Positions 18,113-51,437 of a stretch of DNA of 64,000 nucleotides are shown piece by piece (position 1 is the stretch's first letter; each line of letters opens with the position of its first letter). A program made the position numbers and the translations under genes. Origin of the DNA: the human T2T-CHM13v2.0 reference genome, Homo sapiens. The stretch lies in assembly GCF_009914755.1 (NCBI RefSeq), contig NC_060929.1. One strand, written 5' to 3'. Below the pieces are notes generated by a model. That model was not told where the DNA came from. It did no database searches and saw nothing but the letters and a program-made list of their open reading frames with translations.

Positions 18113-18570
18113 TAGATCACACATGTGAGCCAGTAACTTTTCTCATTATCTTTTCCAAGGGTCTGGAGGCCTGCGTAGGAGTGTGGACATCACCTGGTTC
18201 AGCCAATGTAAATTCTGAGCCAGGAACTGGGGCCCAGGCACCAGTCTTAGCATTTACTTCATAGCCATTCACTCCCAAGCAGCTATTTCCATGTTTACCT
18301 CCAGTTGTTTCTTTGACTACATAGACAAACACAAACTGACCCGAATATTTAGTTCTAAGTTGCTTTGGTTCAATTTTATACCAAATTCCTATTCTCTACC
18401 TTATTTTTATTTGTTTAGTTTTAGAACAGCAGAGATTTTTTAGGAAGGTATGTGTGTACAGTTTTATACAGAAAAAACTCCTTGTAAGACCTGCCTTGTT
18501 CATCTCTGTACCTCTATTCCTAGTACAGTGCGTTGCATATGATAGGCCTTCAAAAAAATATTTGTAGGAG

Positions 18571-19418
<848 letters not shown>

Positions 19419-19829
19419 TTAATGGGGAGTTTCTTTTCTTTTTGGCCATCTACATGTCTCAATTATCCTAATTTTCTAAATTTTCTACAGTGAACATGTA
19501 TTTCTTAGGGGGGAATCTTCGAATTGTTTTTTTGGCAAATAAACACATAAATAAGTGAATAAAATAGGGCCTGGTCGCCTTGTAATAGGAAGATCCCAAA
19601 CGTGGGTTTTCTAGACAGGGTGTGCAGAAGAATAGGCGTAACTGGGTTCCCCAGGATCTGATGGGTTGGAGAGACAAGAGAGTTCCCATATGAGAAGCCA
19701 GAGCTCCACTAGCCTGGACATTTTGTTCTCCTTTGGGTCATGACACATTCTTTTCTGCCCTGGTATCTCTGCTGGGTGAAGGAGAAAAGCAAGTCCCAGG
19801 AGAGTCTTTCATGGACTTTAAATGATTCA

Positions 19830-20680
19830 TAAGGCGCTTTCCTCCTCCAGCGTTGGCGAGGCCTGGGTCTTGGCTGTCTTTGTGGCGCTGCAACGGAGAT
19901 GGTGCTGCTCCTACCCCCGCCCTCAGCCCCCGCCCACCCACTCCTGGCCTGGGAACCTTGAGAGGTAACCCCCTTCCGTATGAGCTGGTTCCTGTATTCA
20001 AATCCGAATTCCGCTCGGACTCAGCCCACTCCATCCAGCTCTGTGGATGCGGACTAGGAAGGGAACAGATGAAGCCAATTTAGTTGCCCTTTCTTTGTTC
20101 CCGTGACCTTGAGGCACTTAACTCAGCGGAGCTCGCGGTGCAGGGAGCCCGGCAGAGCTCTGGAATGAAAGGCAGGAGACCTTGGAGGGCTCTTGGAGCC
20201 TGCACTCTTTCGTTGTGCTTTGGTCACCATAGTGACTTCTGTCTGAAGCCTCAACCCTGCGGTTATTGCTCGATATTCATTCATAATAAGGCCACCCCTG
20301 AGTTTTCCGCCCACTGGGGGACCGAGTACCACGTGCATTGAAGTCACAAGGCGGAGGCGCCGGGGCCTTTAAACACTGTGTGTCAGGGAGGGTGGGGCGG
20401 GTCGACGCTGGGCACAGCTCAAGTGTCAGAACGCGGAGGAATTCACATTGTATCTGGTCCTCTTCCCTCAGTTTACAGAGAAGGGACTTGCCCAAGGTTT
20501 CTCAGCCCTTCCGAGGGACAGCAGGGACTAGAACAGGCACCCCCCGCCCCCGCCCCCCCCCCCCCCCGGTCTCCTGGCCTGTTGTTCACTGCATTCTATC
20601 ACTCAGGGCCGTGCAGGGCCCATGGTCCTGGTCCAGGTTTTCTAATTTCTTGAACTCTTGGGCTAAGCACGGGGCTCACA
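19830..20680. promoter_or_regulatory. Non-repeat GC/CpG-enriched island, candidate distal regulatory element
   Basis: Local CpG retention outside Alus; GC boxes (ccccgccc at about 19927, ggggcggg at about 20394); long C-run at 20540-20568. Confidence 0.5.
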
Positions 20681-20940
20681 GTTTCCATGATTGTCACTAA
20701 AGGTAATGGGAATTGATGGTAATCAGCTCATAAACCCTTAGTGAAAGGCCTAAACTAGAACTCCCTTAGCCAGTCAAAAGACTTCTAGTTCCGGTACAGA
20801 TTTGCAAGTAAATTAGCTCATTTAATCCTCAAAATCACCCTGCAAGGTGACTATTATTATTCCTTTTTAAAGTGAGAAACCTGGGACTTCAACATGTGTT
20901 TGAATAGATCAACTTGGAGTCAGAAGTGAATATGAATCCT

Positions 20941-20993
20941 CACTCCAGCCCAGGGGACAGAGCGAGACTCCATCTCAAAAAATAAAAATGAAA
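20941..20993 (+). mobile_element. Severely 5'-truncated Alu with TSDs
   Basis: Last ~35 nt of Alu plus an A-tail, flanked by agaagtgaatatgaatcct / agaggtgaatgtgaatcat. Confidence 0.8.
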
Positions 20994-21084
20994 AGAGGTG
21001 AATGTGAATCATGTGAATCCTAACTCTGCAATTTACTAATGATAAAGAATTGCCTAAGAACTCATTAATAAAGGCACTGCCTTC

Positions 21085-21272
21085 TGACTCAGGGAAATCA
21101 AGTCCTACCATTTCCTTGCTGTGTGACTTTGGACAGGATACTTGACTTCTCTGAGCCTGTTTTGCTCCAGATGTGAAAACAACATAACAATAGAACCTAC
21201 TTCATAGGATCATTGTAAAGATTAAACAATGTGTGCAAATCACTTAGCACTGTGCCTGGCACTTCATAAGTA
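21085..21272. mobile_element. MIR
   Basis: gctgtgtgactttggacaggatacttgacttctctgagcctgtttt...cacttagcactgtgcctggcac. Confidence 0.8.
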
Positions 21273-21447
21273 GATTCTATTATTTCAATATTTAAAAGTC
21301 AAAGACAAAAAGAGAAAGTCTGCATCCCACTCCAGACTCACCCAGAGCCCAAGGGCTTCCTTTTTGTCAGCCTAGGAACCAAGTGCTTGGAAAAAAGGAC
21401 ATTCCAAGGTGAGTAAAGTGAATTGGAAAGATTATTTTCATAGCTTG

Positions 21448-21780
<333 letters not shown>

Positions 21781-21867
21781 GATTTTTGAGTTTTTAAGAG
21801 ACTCAAAACAGGAAAAGAAAGGAAATAGTTGAGTCAGTGTCTCTCTATAGCTTAGCTGTCAATACCT

Positions 21868-24285
<2,418 letters not shown>

Positions 24286-24319
24286 CTTTTAATACCAATA
24301 AAATTTAAAAGGTCAACTA

Positions 24320-25460
<1,141 letters not shown>

Positions 25461-25994
25461 GTAAGGCCTATTCTCTATAAATTCTTCCTCCCCATAATTG
25501 CCCCAAAGAGCGATTGCAGTTTGCATTTGGGTAAAAATTTGATGAGATTTTAATTCTTTTAGAATCTTATTATAGATTCATATCCTTTCCTCACCCTCCT
25601 CACCCCACTCTGTTCTTGAATTTGGGAAAAGGTAATTACAGTTGAAGTGACACAAGTACTTAAAAGGAAATCAACACATCTGCCTTCATTCTGCATGAAT
25701 ATGGAAGAGAGATTTCCATCTACCCACCTTTCTCATTTTCCCTTCTGATGGGAAATGTCAGGAAGCTCTGGTGCTTGAATCCAGCCCATAGAGAAAAACT
25801 CCAGTGCCCCATATCCAGTGGAGGCCACGGCTATATATACTAGGGCCACTCCAAGGCTTCATCTGCATCTTCCAGGCAGTGCTCAAGGCCCCGGGAGACC
25901 AGGGTCTGCGGTGGAGTTACCACTCCACTTCCTCCTCTTTCCCACAGGACAGAGGATTTAGGACTGAGCTTACCATGTCTGAGTTAAAATGTAT

Positions 25995-26630
<636 letters not shown>

Positions 26631-26722
26631 CCCTAATTCCCCATCTTCCAAATCTGCAACTTCAGGATTTGAATTTGGAGGTGGAGAAGATTAGTACTGA
26701 GCATGTTTCCTCTTAGGCATTA

Positions 26723-27527
<805 letters not shown>

Positions 27528-27636
27528 TAGTTCAAAGGAAACTTCCTGAGAAGAGAATTTAATTTGAAAATATCTCCGTTCTACCTGGCATGTGATATAA
27601 GAAACATTTGGCAGTCTGCCGTGGGTCAGGATTTCT

Positions 27637-28010
27637 TTTTTTTTTTAATTATTTTTTTAAATTATACTTTAAGTTTTAGGGTACATGTGCACAATGTGCA
27701 GGTTTGTTACATATGTATACATGTGCCATGTTGGTGTGCTGCACCCATTAACTCGTCATTTAACATTAGGTATATCTCCTAATGCTATCCCTCCCCGCTC
27801 CCCCCACCCCACAACAGGCCCCGGTGTGTGATATTCCCCTTCCTGTGTCCATGTGTTCTCATTGTTCAATTCCCACCTATGAGTGAGAACATGCGGTGTT
27901 TGGTTTTTTGTCCTTGTGATAGTTTGCTGAGAATGATGGTTTCCAGCTTCATCCATGTCCCTACAAAGGACATGAACTCATCATTTTTTATGGATACATA
28001 GTATTCTATG
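27637..28010 (-). mobile_element. 5'-truncated young L1PA 3' end (~370 bp)
   Basis: Close match to the L1PA 3' UTR (ttatactttaagttttagggtacatgtgcac...) and the end of ORF2; short TSD gatttct at 27630 and 28010. Confidence 0.93.
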
Positions 28011-28231
28011 ATTTCTATAATAAATCATTCCCATTGCCAATCTTACCAAAAGAATATTCTATTGTTATACAAAAAAGCTAACAAAAATAACTACCATGTT
28101 CGGGATGTTTACTACATGGCAAGGACTACATTAATAAGCATTTCTTGTATATTAATATCATTCCATCTTCATGATAGCCCTATGGGTAGATATTATTATT
28201 TTCATTCTATACGTTAAGAAATTGAGTCTCA

Positions 28232-28535
<304 letters not shown>

Positions 28536-28970
28536 TCAAAGAGGTTAAATAACTTGCTCAAGGTCACCCAGATGGAGGGTGGTAGAGCCAGAGTTCAAAA
28601 TGACAATGCTATTGTTTTCATCCCTGGCTAAGCATGAGAAAAATGAAGATTACCAGGCCCTACTTAAAGCCACCAACTTGAGATTTCCCAGGGATGTGGC
28701 CCTGGGATGTATTGAAAAGTCTCCACAGGTGACCTGAAGCCCACCAAAAATTGAAGACCTAGCCCCCGTTAGGCCTTAACCCAAAACTCACCCTTATAAC
28801 TGCTCACCTGCCTGGACCCAGTACTAATCATATTAGTCGCTGTTAGAGAAGAATGTCTGTTTGGTAAAACCACTGATGGCCTTTGTGAAGGCTTTGGTTT
28901 AGTGATTAGCTTTCAAGATGCAAACTTTGTCCTTGGAATAGTGGAAAACAGCACGTAGGCTTAGAAATTC

Positions 28971-29778
<808 letters not shown>

Positions 29779-30100
29779 CAGCTTTCTCTATTTGTGTGTG
29801 ATTATTTACTTCTTGTTTCCTTCTTAACTAGACAAGAGAACAAGGAGCACATCTTGTTTTGCTCATCTCTAAATGCAAGCCCCATGCGTACGATATAGAA
29901 GGCACTCAATCAGTAATACCTAATCTTTGTGTACCTTCTTCTATGCACCAGTGACTGTGCTGAGCAGTTCATATGTATTATCTCACTTAATTGTTACAAC
30001 AGTCCAATCTTCATTTCACAGATGAAGAACCCAAGGCATAGAAAGACGAAGTGGTCACTTAATTTTTTTTTTTTTCTTCTTTTAAAAAATTTATTCTTCA

Positions 30101-30395
<295 letters not shown>

Positions 30396-30414
30396 TTATT
30401 CTTCAAATGACAAC

Positions 30415-32045
<1,631 letters not shown>

Positions 32046-32088
32046 TTTTTGTGCTTAAAAGGCTCAATATCGCACAACTAGTAAATCC

Positions 32089-33385
<1,297 letters not shown>

Positions 33386-33979
33386 CAAAAAAGAACTGTT
33401 GTATGAAGATTAGATGATCCGAAACAAAAACCACAATGCATCATACCATCATACCTGGCTGGCAGCAGGCATAAAACAGATTTATTTCCTTTCTTTAATG
33501 AATCTCTCTCTCTCTCATCTCAACCTGAAGGCTCTCTAATAAGGCCCAGCTGTAGCGAACGTTCTCCAGCTGAGGTGCAAAAGCAGCTATGACCTTTACT
33601 CACATCTGCCTCCTCCCACACCAGACACTTCTTCCTTTCTATTTCTAGCTCATTGTTCACCAAGGTCCTTTCCCCTTTTCCAAGGTAGCTAGGATACAGG
33701 CTTGTTAGGCCTGGCTCCCAAATTCCCTGATGTGGCCAAGGCAAGGCCTTAGACAAGTGGACACAGGGGAAGCCGGAAAGAACATAAGCAATGGAAAAAA
33801 AATGTATCTTGACAGTGGAGGTAAGGCTCACAAAGCCCTGTCCCATGACAGTAGCTCAGAAGCAGAAAGATGAACCAGCCAGGTTGGAGAAACCTGAACC
33901 AAGTCCCAGTGGGGAGGGCCAGGGTAAAGGGGAGCAGGGAATTAGCAGCAACCTTTATTCTGTGAGCAAATTAGGTTAC

Positions 33980-33980
<1 letters not shown>

Positions 33981-34047
<67 letters not shown>

Positions 34048-34148
34048 CTTTCTTTCTTTCTTTTTCTTTCTCTTTCTTTCTCTCTCTCTCTTCTTTTCTT
34101 CCTTCCTTCCTTCTTTCTTCTTTTTCTCGCTTTCTCTCTTTCTTTCCT
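33981..34148 (+). repeat. (TTTC)n polypyrimidine microsatellite
   Basis: Long pure TTTC run followed by a degenerate CT tract. Confidence 0.95.
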
Positions 34149-34149
34149 A

Positions 34150-35384
<1,235 letters not shown>

Positions 35385-35666
35385 GTTGTAGCATTTTTAA
35401 GCACAAGGAAAAATCAGAATACAATGTAGTTTCCTATGGGTCCTTGGGAGAGAGTAAGCTTCCTGTTTAGCAATGCAAGCAACTGGCAGAGCCTTACCTG
35501 CTAGGGTAATGGACCACTTGACTTCTGAAGTCACTTTCCCAAACATCAGTGAGAAGGGAGAGTGGGTACATGGAGAGCGTCCAAAGATCTAGGTTCAAAT
35601 GTCCTTATTTATAGGCAGGGCATCTGATTTTTTTATTCTTTGTTCTTCTGATTAAAACTTTTTTCC

Positions 35667-36673
<1,007 letters not shown>

Positions 36674-36779
36674 TCATACTAGTTCTCAGGTTCTTGAGTA
36701 CAACTACAGTCTTCTTTCTTCAATGCATTACATAACCTCAGCTCCCCTAGTTCAAACATTTCCCTGAATTATTTTAATC

Positions 36780-37225
36780 AGGAAATATTTATTGAGCTCC
36801 TTCTATGTGGTAGGCACTGGGCCTAACACTGGGGATGACTTGGTAAGCATAGAGACACAGCCGCTGGCCTCAGGGAGCCTTCCCTCTAGCAAGGAAGGGA
36901 GTCAATAAACAAGTAATTGCATATGCATAATTATTTAACTATAATTGTGAACACTACATAAAGAAAAATTACAGGGGACTGTGAAGCCATATAAGATCCC
37001 TTGCCAAGGAAATGACATTTAAGCTGAGGCCTCAAGGATGGGTAGGAGTTAACAAAACCAGAGGGAAAATATTTTCCTGCCAGCAGGAACAGCACGTGCA
37101 AAGGCCCTGCAGAGGGAAGGAGTTTGGCAGGAAGGATTGAGAGAAGACAGGTGCAACTGCACAGAGTGAGAGGGAGGGAGGAGTTGAGGTTCAAAGGCAG
37201 GCAGGTCTGGGCTCACACAATAATC
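36780..37225. mobile_element. L2 LINE 3' fragment
   Basis: atatttattgagctccttctatgtggtaggcactggg...tgacatttaagctgag...ggaacagcacgtgcaaaggccctg. Confidence 0.78.
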
Positions 37226-37375
37226 TGGAAACTTGCTCAAGTGATCCGCCTGCCTCAGATCACCACCACCAGCAACCAGTCTAAAGATGTCAAGAGTTGT
37301 TACCTTGACAAGGCCACGTGCCAAGTGTTTGCAGGAATCAAATACTTTCCAGAAGTTACTATTAAAAAAAAAGTA

Positions 37376-37700
<325 letters not shown>

Positions 37701-37828
37701 ATTTAATTTAATATGAACAAACAGAGAGTTAGCAGTACGGAATTTGAGCCAGCTGGGCAGAATAGGCCTTAGAGGGGTTAGGAGACACCACAAAAGATCT
37801 CACCTGGCAGGAAGCAGAGGGAATGTGG

Positions 37829-38138
37829 TTTTTTGGTTTTGTTTTGTTTTGTTTTTTTTGAGATGGAGACTCGCTCTCTTGCCCGTGCTGGAGTGCAGTG
37901 GCACATCTTGGCTCACCTGCAAACTCCTCCTCCCAGGTTCAAGTGATTATCCTGCCTCAGCCTCCTGAGTAGCTGGGATTGCAGGCACACACCATCATGC
38001 CTGGCTAATTTTTGTATTTTTGTAGAGATGGAGTTTCACCATGTTGGCCAGGCTGGTCTTGAACTCCTGACATCATGTAATCTGCCTGCCTTGGCCTCCC
38101 AAAGTGTTGGGATTACAGGCGTGAGCCACCGTGCCCGG
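37829..38138 (-). mobile_element. AluS (reverse)
   Basis: Reverse Alu consensus. Confidence 0.9.
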
Positions 38139-38297
38139 TGGGGAATGTGATTTTGGAGTCAGATGCTTACTAATGTGTATCCTTAGGCAAGTGAATTACT
38201 TCTCCCAGTTTCAGCCTCCTCATACACAGTCTAAGTGCAAAGGTATTGTAAGGTTGAAGAGTAGGGGCTAGCATGATCATTATAACAGATTTACTTA

Positions 38298-41850
<3,553 letters not shown>

Positions 41851-42127
41851 TAGGTTTTGTTTTGATCCTAAAATAAATTGCTATTAACTCTGAGATTTTT
41901 ACAGAATCCTCTAAGGTGGCTAGAGACCCTCTTAGATATTCCCAAAACAAGTTTGGGAATTATTGCACCAGAAGGCTTTGGGAGTTTGATGCATTGTTGC
42001 TTTTCTGACTTACTCATTGTTCCATGTTATACTTACCCATGCTGGTTGTCACCTGTATGGCATCTAGCCATACCACTTTGTTTGCACTGTTTATCTGTTT
42101 TTATCTTCACAGCATGCCTGTAACATA

Positions 42128-42250
42128 GGTATTTTTATGCCTGTTTTCCAGATAAGGAATTGAAGGTGAGAGAAGTTAAATAACTTGCCTAAGGTCACAG
42201 AGAAGTAGAAGAACTGGAATTTGAACCCAATCCTGGTTTTAAAGCCTGTG
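42128..42250. mobile_element. MIR
   Basis: cagataaggaattgaaggtgagagaagttaaataacttgcctaaggtcacag. Confidence 0.8.
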
Positions 42251-42253
42251 TTG

Positions 42254-43637
<1,384 letters not shown>

Positions 43638-44009
43638 TCATCAGCTTTCTGGGCCTTGGTTTCTCCACTTATGAAGTAAGGGGTTTGGACCAGTTCTGGG
43701 ATGGCTGACAGCCTACATTCCGCCACACACACCCCTGCCATGGCAGGGTTTGCCAATTGATGATGGTACATGTGTTAATCAGCCTCAGAATTATTGTCAA
43801 CACAGTGTTCTCATCAGCTACCACCAATGGATTGGAGTTAGCACAGAGGTTAGGACCTACCAGCATGTGCCTGAAATGGTGCAATTCTAAAGGTCCACCT
43901 AACCCTGATATTCTGATGAATTTGAGCCTCTAGGTTTACAATCACAACAGGAGGAGAATATGAAACTGATAGGAACAGGGGCATTAGAACCAGAGAATCC
44001 CGGGTTTGA

Positions 44010-44378
<369 letters not shown>

Positions 44379-44799
44379 GAGTCATTTCTCTTTATGCCTT
44401 GGTTTCTTCTTCTCTGTAAAATGGGATCAGAATCCCTAACACATAAGGTTTCAAAAATTAAATTGAGATGCTACTTGTACCTTTTGCTTACATATAGCAG
44501 GAACTGCATAAATGGAATGTAAACAGACACAGCCGGCAAATGTGTACACCAAGAGACTTGTCTTCCACCTGTTCATACCACCCTCTCCTCCCACAAAGCA
44601 GAGAAACTCTGACAAGTGGCTTCTGACTCGTGCTGCTGAGGACACCGAGATGAATTAGACATGGTCCTTGTCCTCAGGATGTTCACAGTCTAGTGGGGAA
44701 AACACAGGTACAGCATGTTGGGGCCATTTAGGAGAGAAACCTGAAGACTGTGAGATTTTGCCAGGTAAGTAAATGCTCCTGTAGCCACCAAGGACAGAG

Positions 44800-46414
<1,615 letters not shown>

Positions 46415-46458
46415 GTAAATTTTATGTTACATATATTTTACCACAGTTAAAAAAAATT

Positions 46459-46517
46459 AAATGGCGTCATCTTATAAGGTCAGTTAGCAAATGGCATCAT
46501 CTTATAAGGTCAGTTAG
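46459..46517 (+). repeat. 30-bp tandem duplication
   Basis: aaatggcgtcatcttataaggtcagttagc / aaatggcatcatcttataaggtcagttag. Confidence 0.92.
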
Positions 46518-47506
46518 GAGCCAAATATTTATTATGACCACTTTTTCTTAGATGTAGTTCAAAAAAGTGAGAATCCAAGAGCTCGGAGGCCAGAACAAGC
46601 AAGTTGGCAAACGCGGTCTGTGGTCTCAGTCGGGGGTGCAGCTTCACAGCCAAGGCCACGTGGGACTCAGATTTGGCTGCAGAGTCAGAGGAGGATGCTC
46701 CTGTGAGTGAGTGTGAACCCACTGACCATAAACATCTAGAAGCAGGCTCCCACACACACTAAGCTCCTGGCTGGGACGGTCCACCTGCGGGAGCCCTGCG
46801 AGCAAACCGCCTGAGGTCCTGTCCTTTGTTTCAACAGGGCAGGAATTTCCGAGCCTGAGGTATTTGCATTTGGTATCTTAACTACCGACCTGTTTCTGCA
46901 GCTGCTAAACCACTGATACGCTTTCTCTGAATCCCCTGATGAGCAGTAGAAAATCAGTAAGCCTGGCCCTCTCAGTTTTCATGTCATAATTAGTATTTTA
47001 TTCCTTGTGGGGAGAGAAAATAGCCCGAACACCTGCTCTCCGAGGTGTCAGTTGCCGACAGATCTCCTTTGTATACTCTCTATACATATGATTTTAGAGG
47101 AAGGACCCTTTAGGAGTCTTAGGCCAACCCACTCATTTCACAATGGAGCCAACACAATGTCAGAGAAGTAAACAGACTGCAGTGCAAGGGGTGTGGTGGT
47201 TCGAATCCCTGCAGGCCACTTCCAAGCTCTGCGCCTGGGTAAGTTATTTAACCTCCGGAAGCCTCATTCCCTCACAGTAAAACAAGGATGAAACAGCTTC
47301 CTCTTGGGGATCTTCTGAGGAATGAAGGCCATGGTGGGGTTTTAAGTTCGCTGGCAGCTGGCAGGAGGGAAACTCAGCCAGCACCCCCTCAGAGAATCCT
47401 GCCCATGACAGCCCCATCTCTTCACTCTCTCTCGTTCGACCTGGTGTTATTGTATTCTTGACATTTGTCTTTAACTGAAGTTGGTTATGTGTGTACTTTT
47501 TGGTTT

Positions 47507-48290
<784 letters not shown>

Positions 48291-48294
48291 TAGG

Positions 48295-48434
48295 TCTCGT
48301 AAGACTTATTCACTACCAGGAGAACAGTATGGGTGAAACCGCCCCATGATTCAATTATCTGGCCCTCCCCTTGACACGTGAGGATTGTTACAATTCAAGG
48401 TGAGATTCACGTGGGACACAGCCAAACCATATCA
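48295..48434 (-). mobile_element. THE1/MST (MaLR) LTR fragment
   Basis: gacttattcactaccaggagaacagtatggg...acacagccaaaccatatca. Confidence 0.82.
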
Positions 48435-48972
48435 GACACTGAGGTTGATTACATATCTTGGCTATTGTGTAGTGCTGTGATAAACACAAGGGTACAGATA
48501 GCTCTGGACAAACTGATTTCCTTTCTTTTGAACACATACCTAGCAGTGGGGTTGCTGGATCATATGGTAGTTCTATGTTTTGTTTTTTGAGGATGATAAC
48601 CTTTTTGTAGGCTCAGGTGTCCCTTTGAATCTGAAAAAAGTCATAAATGCTCTCCTAAGACATGTAACTTTTTGTAATTTTAGGGGGCTCCCAAAGCCTC
48701 TGATATTTATCAGAGATCCTCCAAAAAATAACGTCGGCTCAACCCAGACCCTCTATCTTAACTCTTCCTACAACTTCCCCAGTGGTCTTGTGTCTTTCCT
48801 GATGGTCTTCAAGAGCAGGAACTTCCTGTCTCTCCAGGCAGCCCATTCAAACAACAAGATTCAACAGAAACTTCTTCCCTCTGGTGAGAAGTCAGCTTCC
48901 CGGCATCGCTGCAGTGAGCCTGGAGCCCTGAGAACAGGTCAGCTCCCAGCTCCTAGACGGTTCCTCAGATGA

Positions 48973-49765
<793 letters not shown>

Positions 49766-50157
49766 CTTCCCCCTTAAAGTGAGAGGCATGGAGATGACGG
49801 TGATGTTGCTTCTGAAAAGATGTCTTCATTTATGCTGAGAGCAGGTGTGGATGGAGGGAACCCCAAACCCCCTTTACATCCCCTTTTTTCTGACTCAGCC
49901 CAGCCTTGGCCAAGGGACTGGATATACCTTTCTGGGCCTAGATGAGTCCTACTGCAAACTAGCAGGCGGTTGATGAGATTGGGGTTACAAATGCAAATGC
50001 TTACACTGGGGTCATGCCAATAATAGAAACGTCTAGGAATATTCATTTCCTCTATAAACACGTAGGTTCTCTTCTGATTTCCTTGAAACATGCCACACTC
50101 TCAGTCTCGTTTCCTATTTCTGATGAATCCGTAGAGGCAGACTATCTAAAGTAATTA

Positions 50158-50487
<330 letters not shown>

Positions 50488-50814
50488 GGAGTGAAGGAAA
50501 ATGACAACTGGCACTTGGTCTCAGTGGAGGGGAATAAGAGGGGCCTGCTGACTGTCTATGGGGAACATGTAGGATGCCTACTCTGTCTTTAGGGCAACTG
50601 GCACTCAGCATATGCTGATTGGTGCCATGTGGACATGGATGCCCAATGTTAGCAGATCTCACACACTTTCTAGAGAAATTGAACACATCAATTTTTATTT
50701 GAAATTTCCCGATTATTAAAACTTTGGCTCAAATTTTTCTTAAAAAGTAGGAGGGCCAAGTACAACGTATTCTGGACTGTGAGCTGCCAGCCTGCCATCT
50801 CCAGATTAGGTGGG

Positions 50815-51437
50815 TTTTTTGTTTGTTTGTGTTGTTTTGTTTTGTTTTTGAGACAGAGTCTCCATCTGTAGCCCAGGCTGGAGTGCAGTGGCGAGATCTA
50901 GGCTCACTGCAACCTCTGCCTCCCGGGTTCAAGCAATTCTCTGCCTCAGTCTCCCGAGTACCTGGTATTACAGGCACCTACCACCATGCCTGGCTAATTT
51001 TTTGCATTTTTAGTAGAGATGGGGTTTCACCATCTTGGCCAGGCTGGTCTTAAACTCCTGACGTCGTGGTCTACCCACCTCAGCCTCCCAAAGCGCTGGG
51101 ATTACAGGTGTAAGCCACCGTGTCCGGGCTTTTTTTTTTTTTTTTTCTTTTGAGACAGGGTCTCCTCTGTCACTCAGGCTGGAGTGCACTAGTGCGATAA
51201 TGACTTACTGTAGCCTCAACCTCCCAGGCTCAGGTGATCCTCCTGCCTCAGCTTCTTGAGTAGCTGGGACCACAAGTCTGTGCCACCTGGCCTGGCTAAT
51301 TTTTTAAAAAATTATCTGTAGAGGCAGGGTCTCCCTATGTTGCCCAGGCATACCTTGAGCTTGTGGGCTCAAGCGATCCGCCCACCTCAGCCTCCCAAAA
51401 GGCTGGCATTACAGACGTGAGCCACTGAGCTATCCCA
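50815..51437 (-). mobile_element. Tandem reverse AluS (50815-51128) and AluJ (51130-51437)
   Basis: Reverse Alu consensus; outer repeat ccagattaggtg. Confidence 0.9.

Noticed and set aside
19883-19910. REST/RE1-like split motif ggcgctg...ggtgctg
   Set aside because: It lacks the GTCC core of one half-site and the terminal AA of the other; the match is too weak.
27756-27956. 66-aa ORF MDEAGNHHSQQT...
   Set aside because: An alternative-frame reading of the truncated L1 3' end.
47195-47215. ggttcgaatccc, resembling a tRNA T-loop/B-box
   Set aside because: There is no cloverleaf. It sits at the head of a MIR-like (tRNA-derived SINE) remnant.
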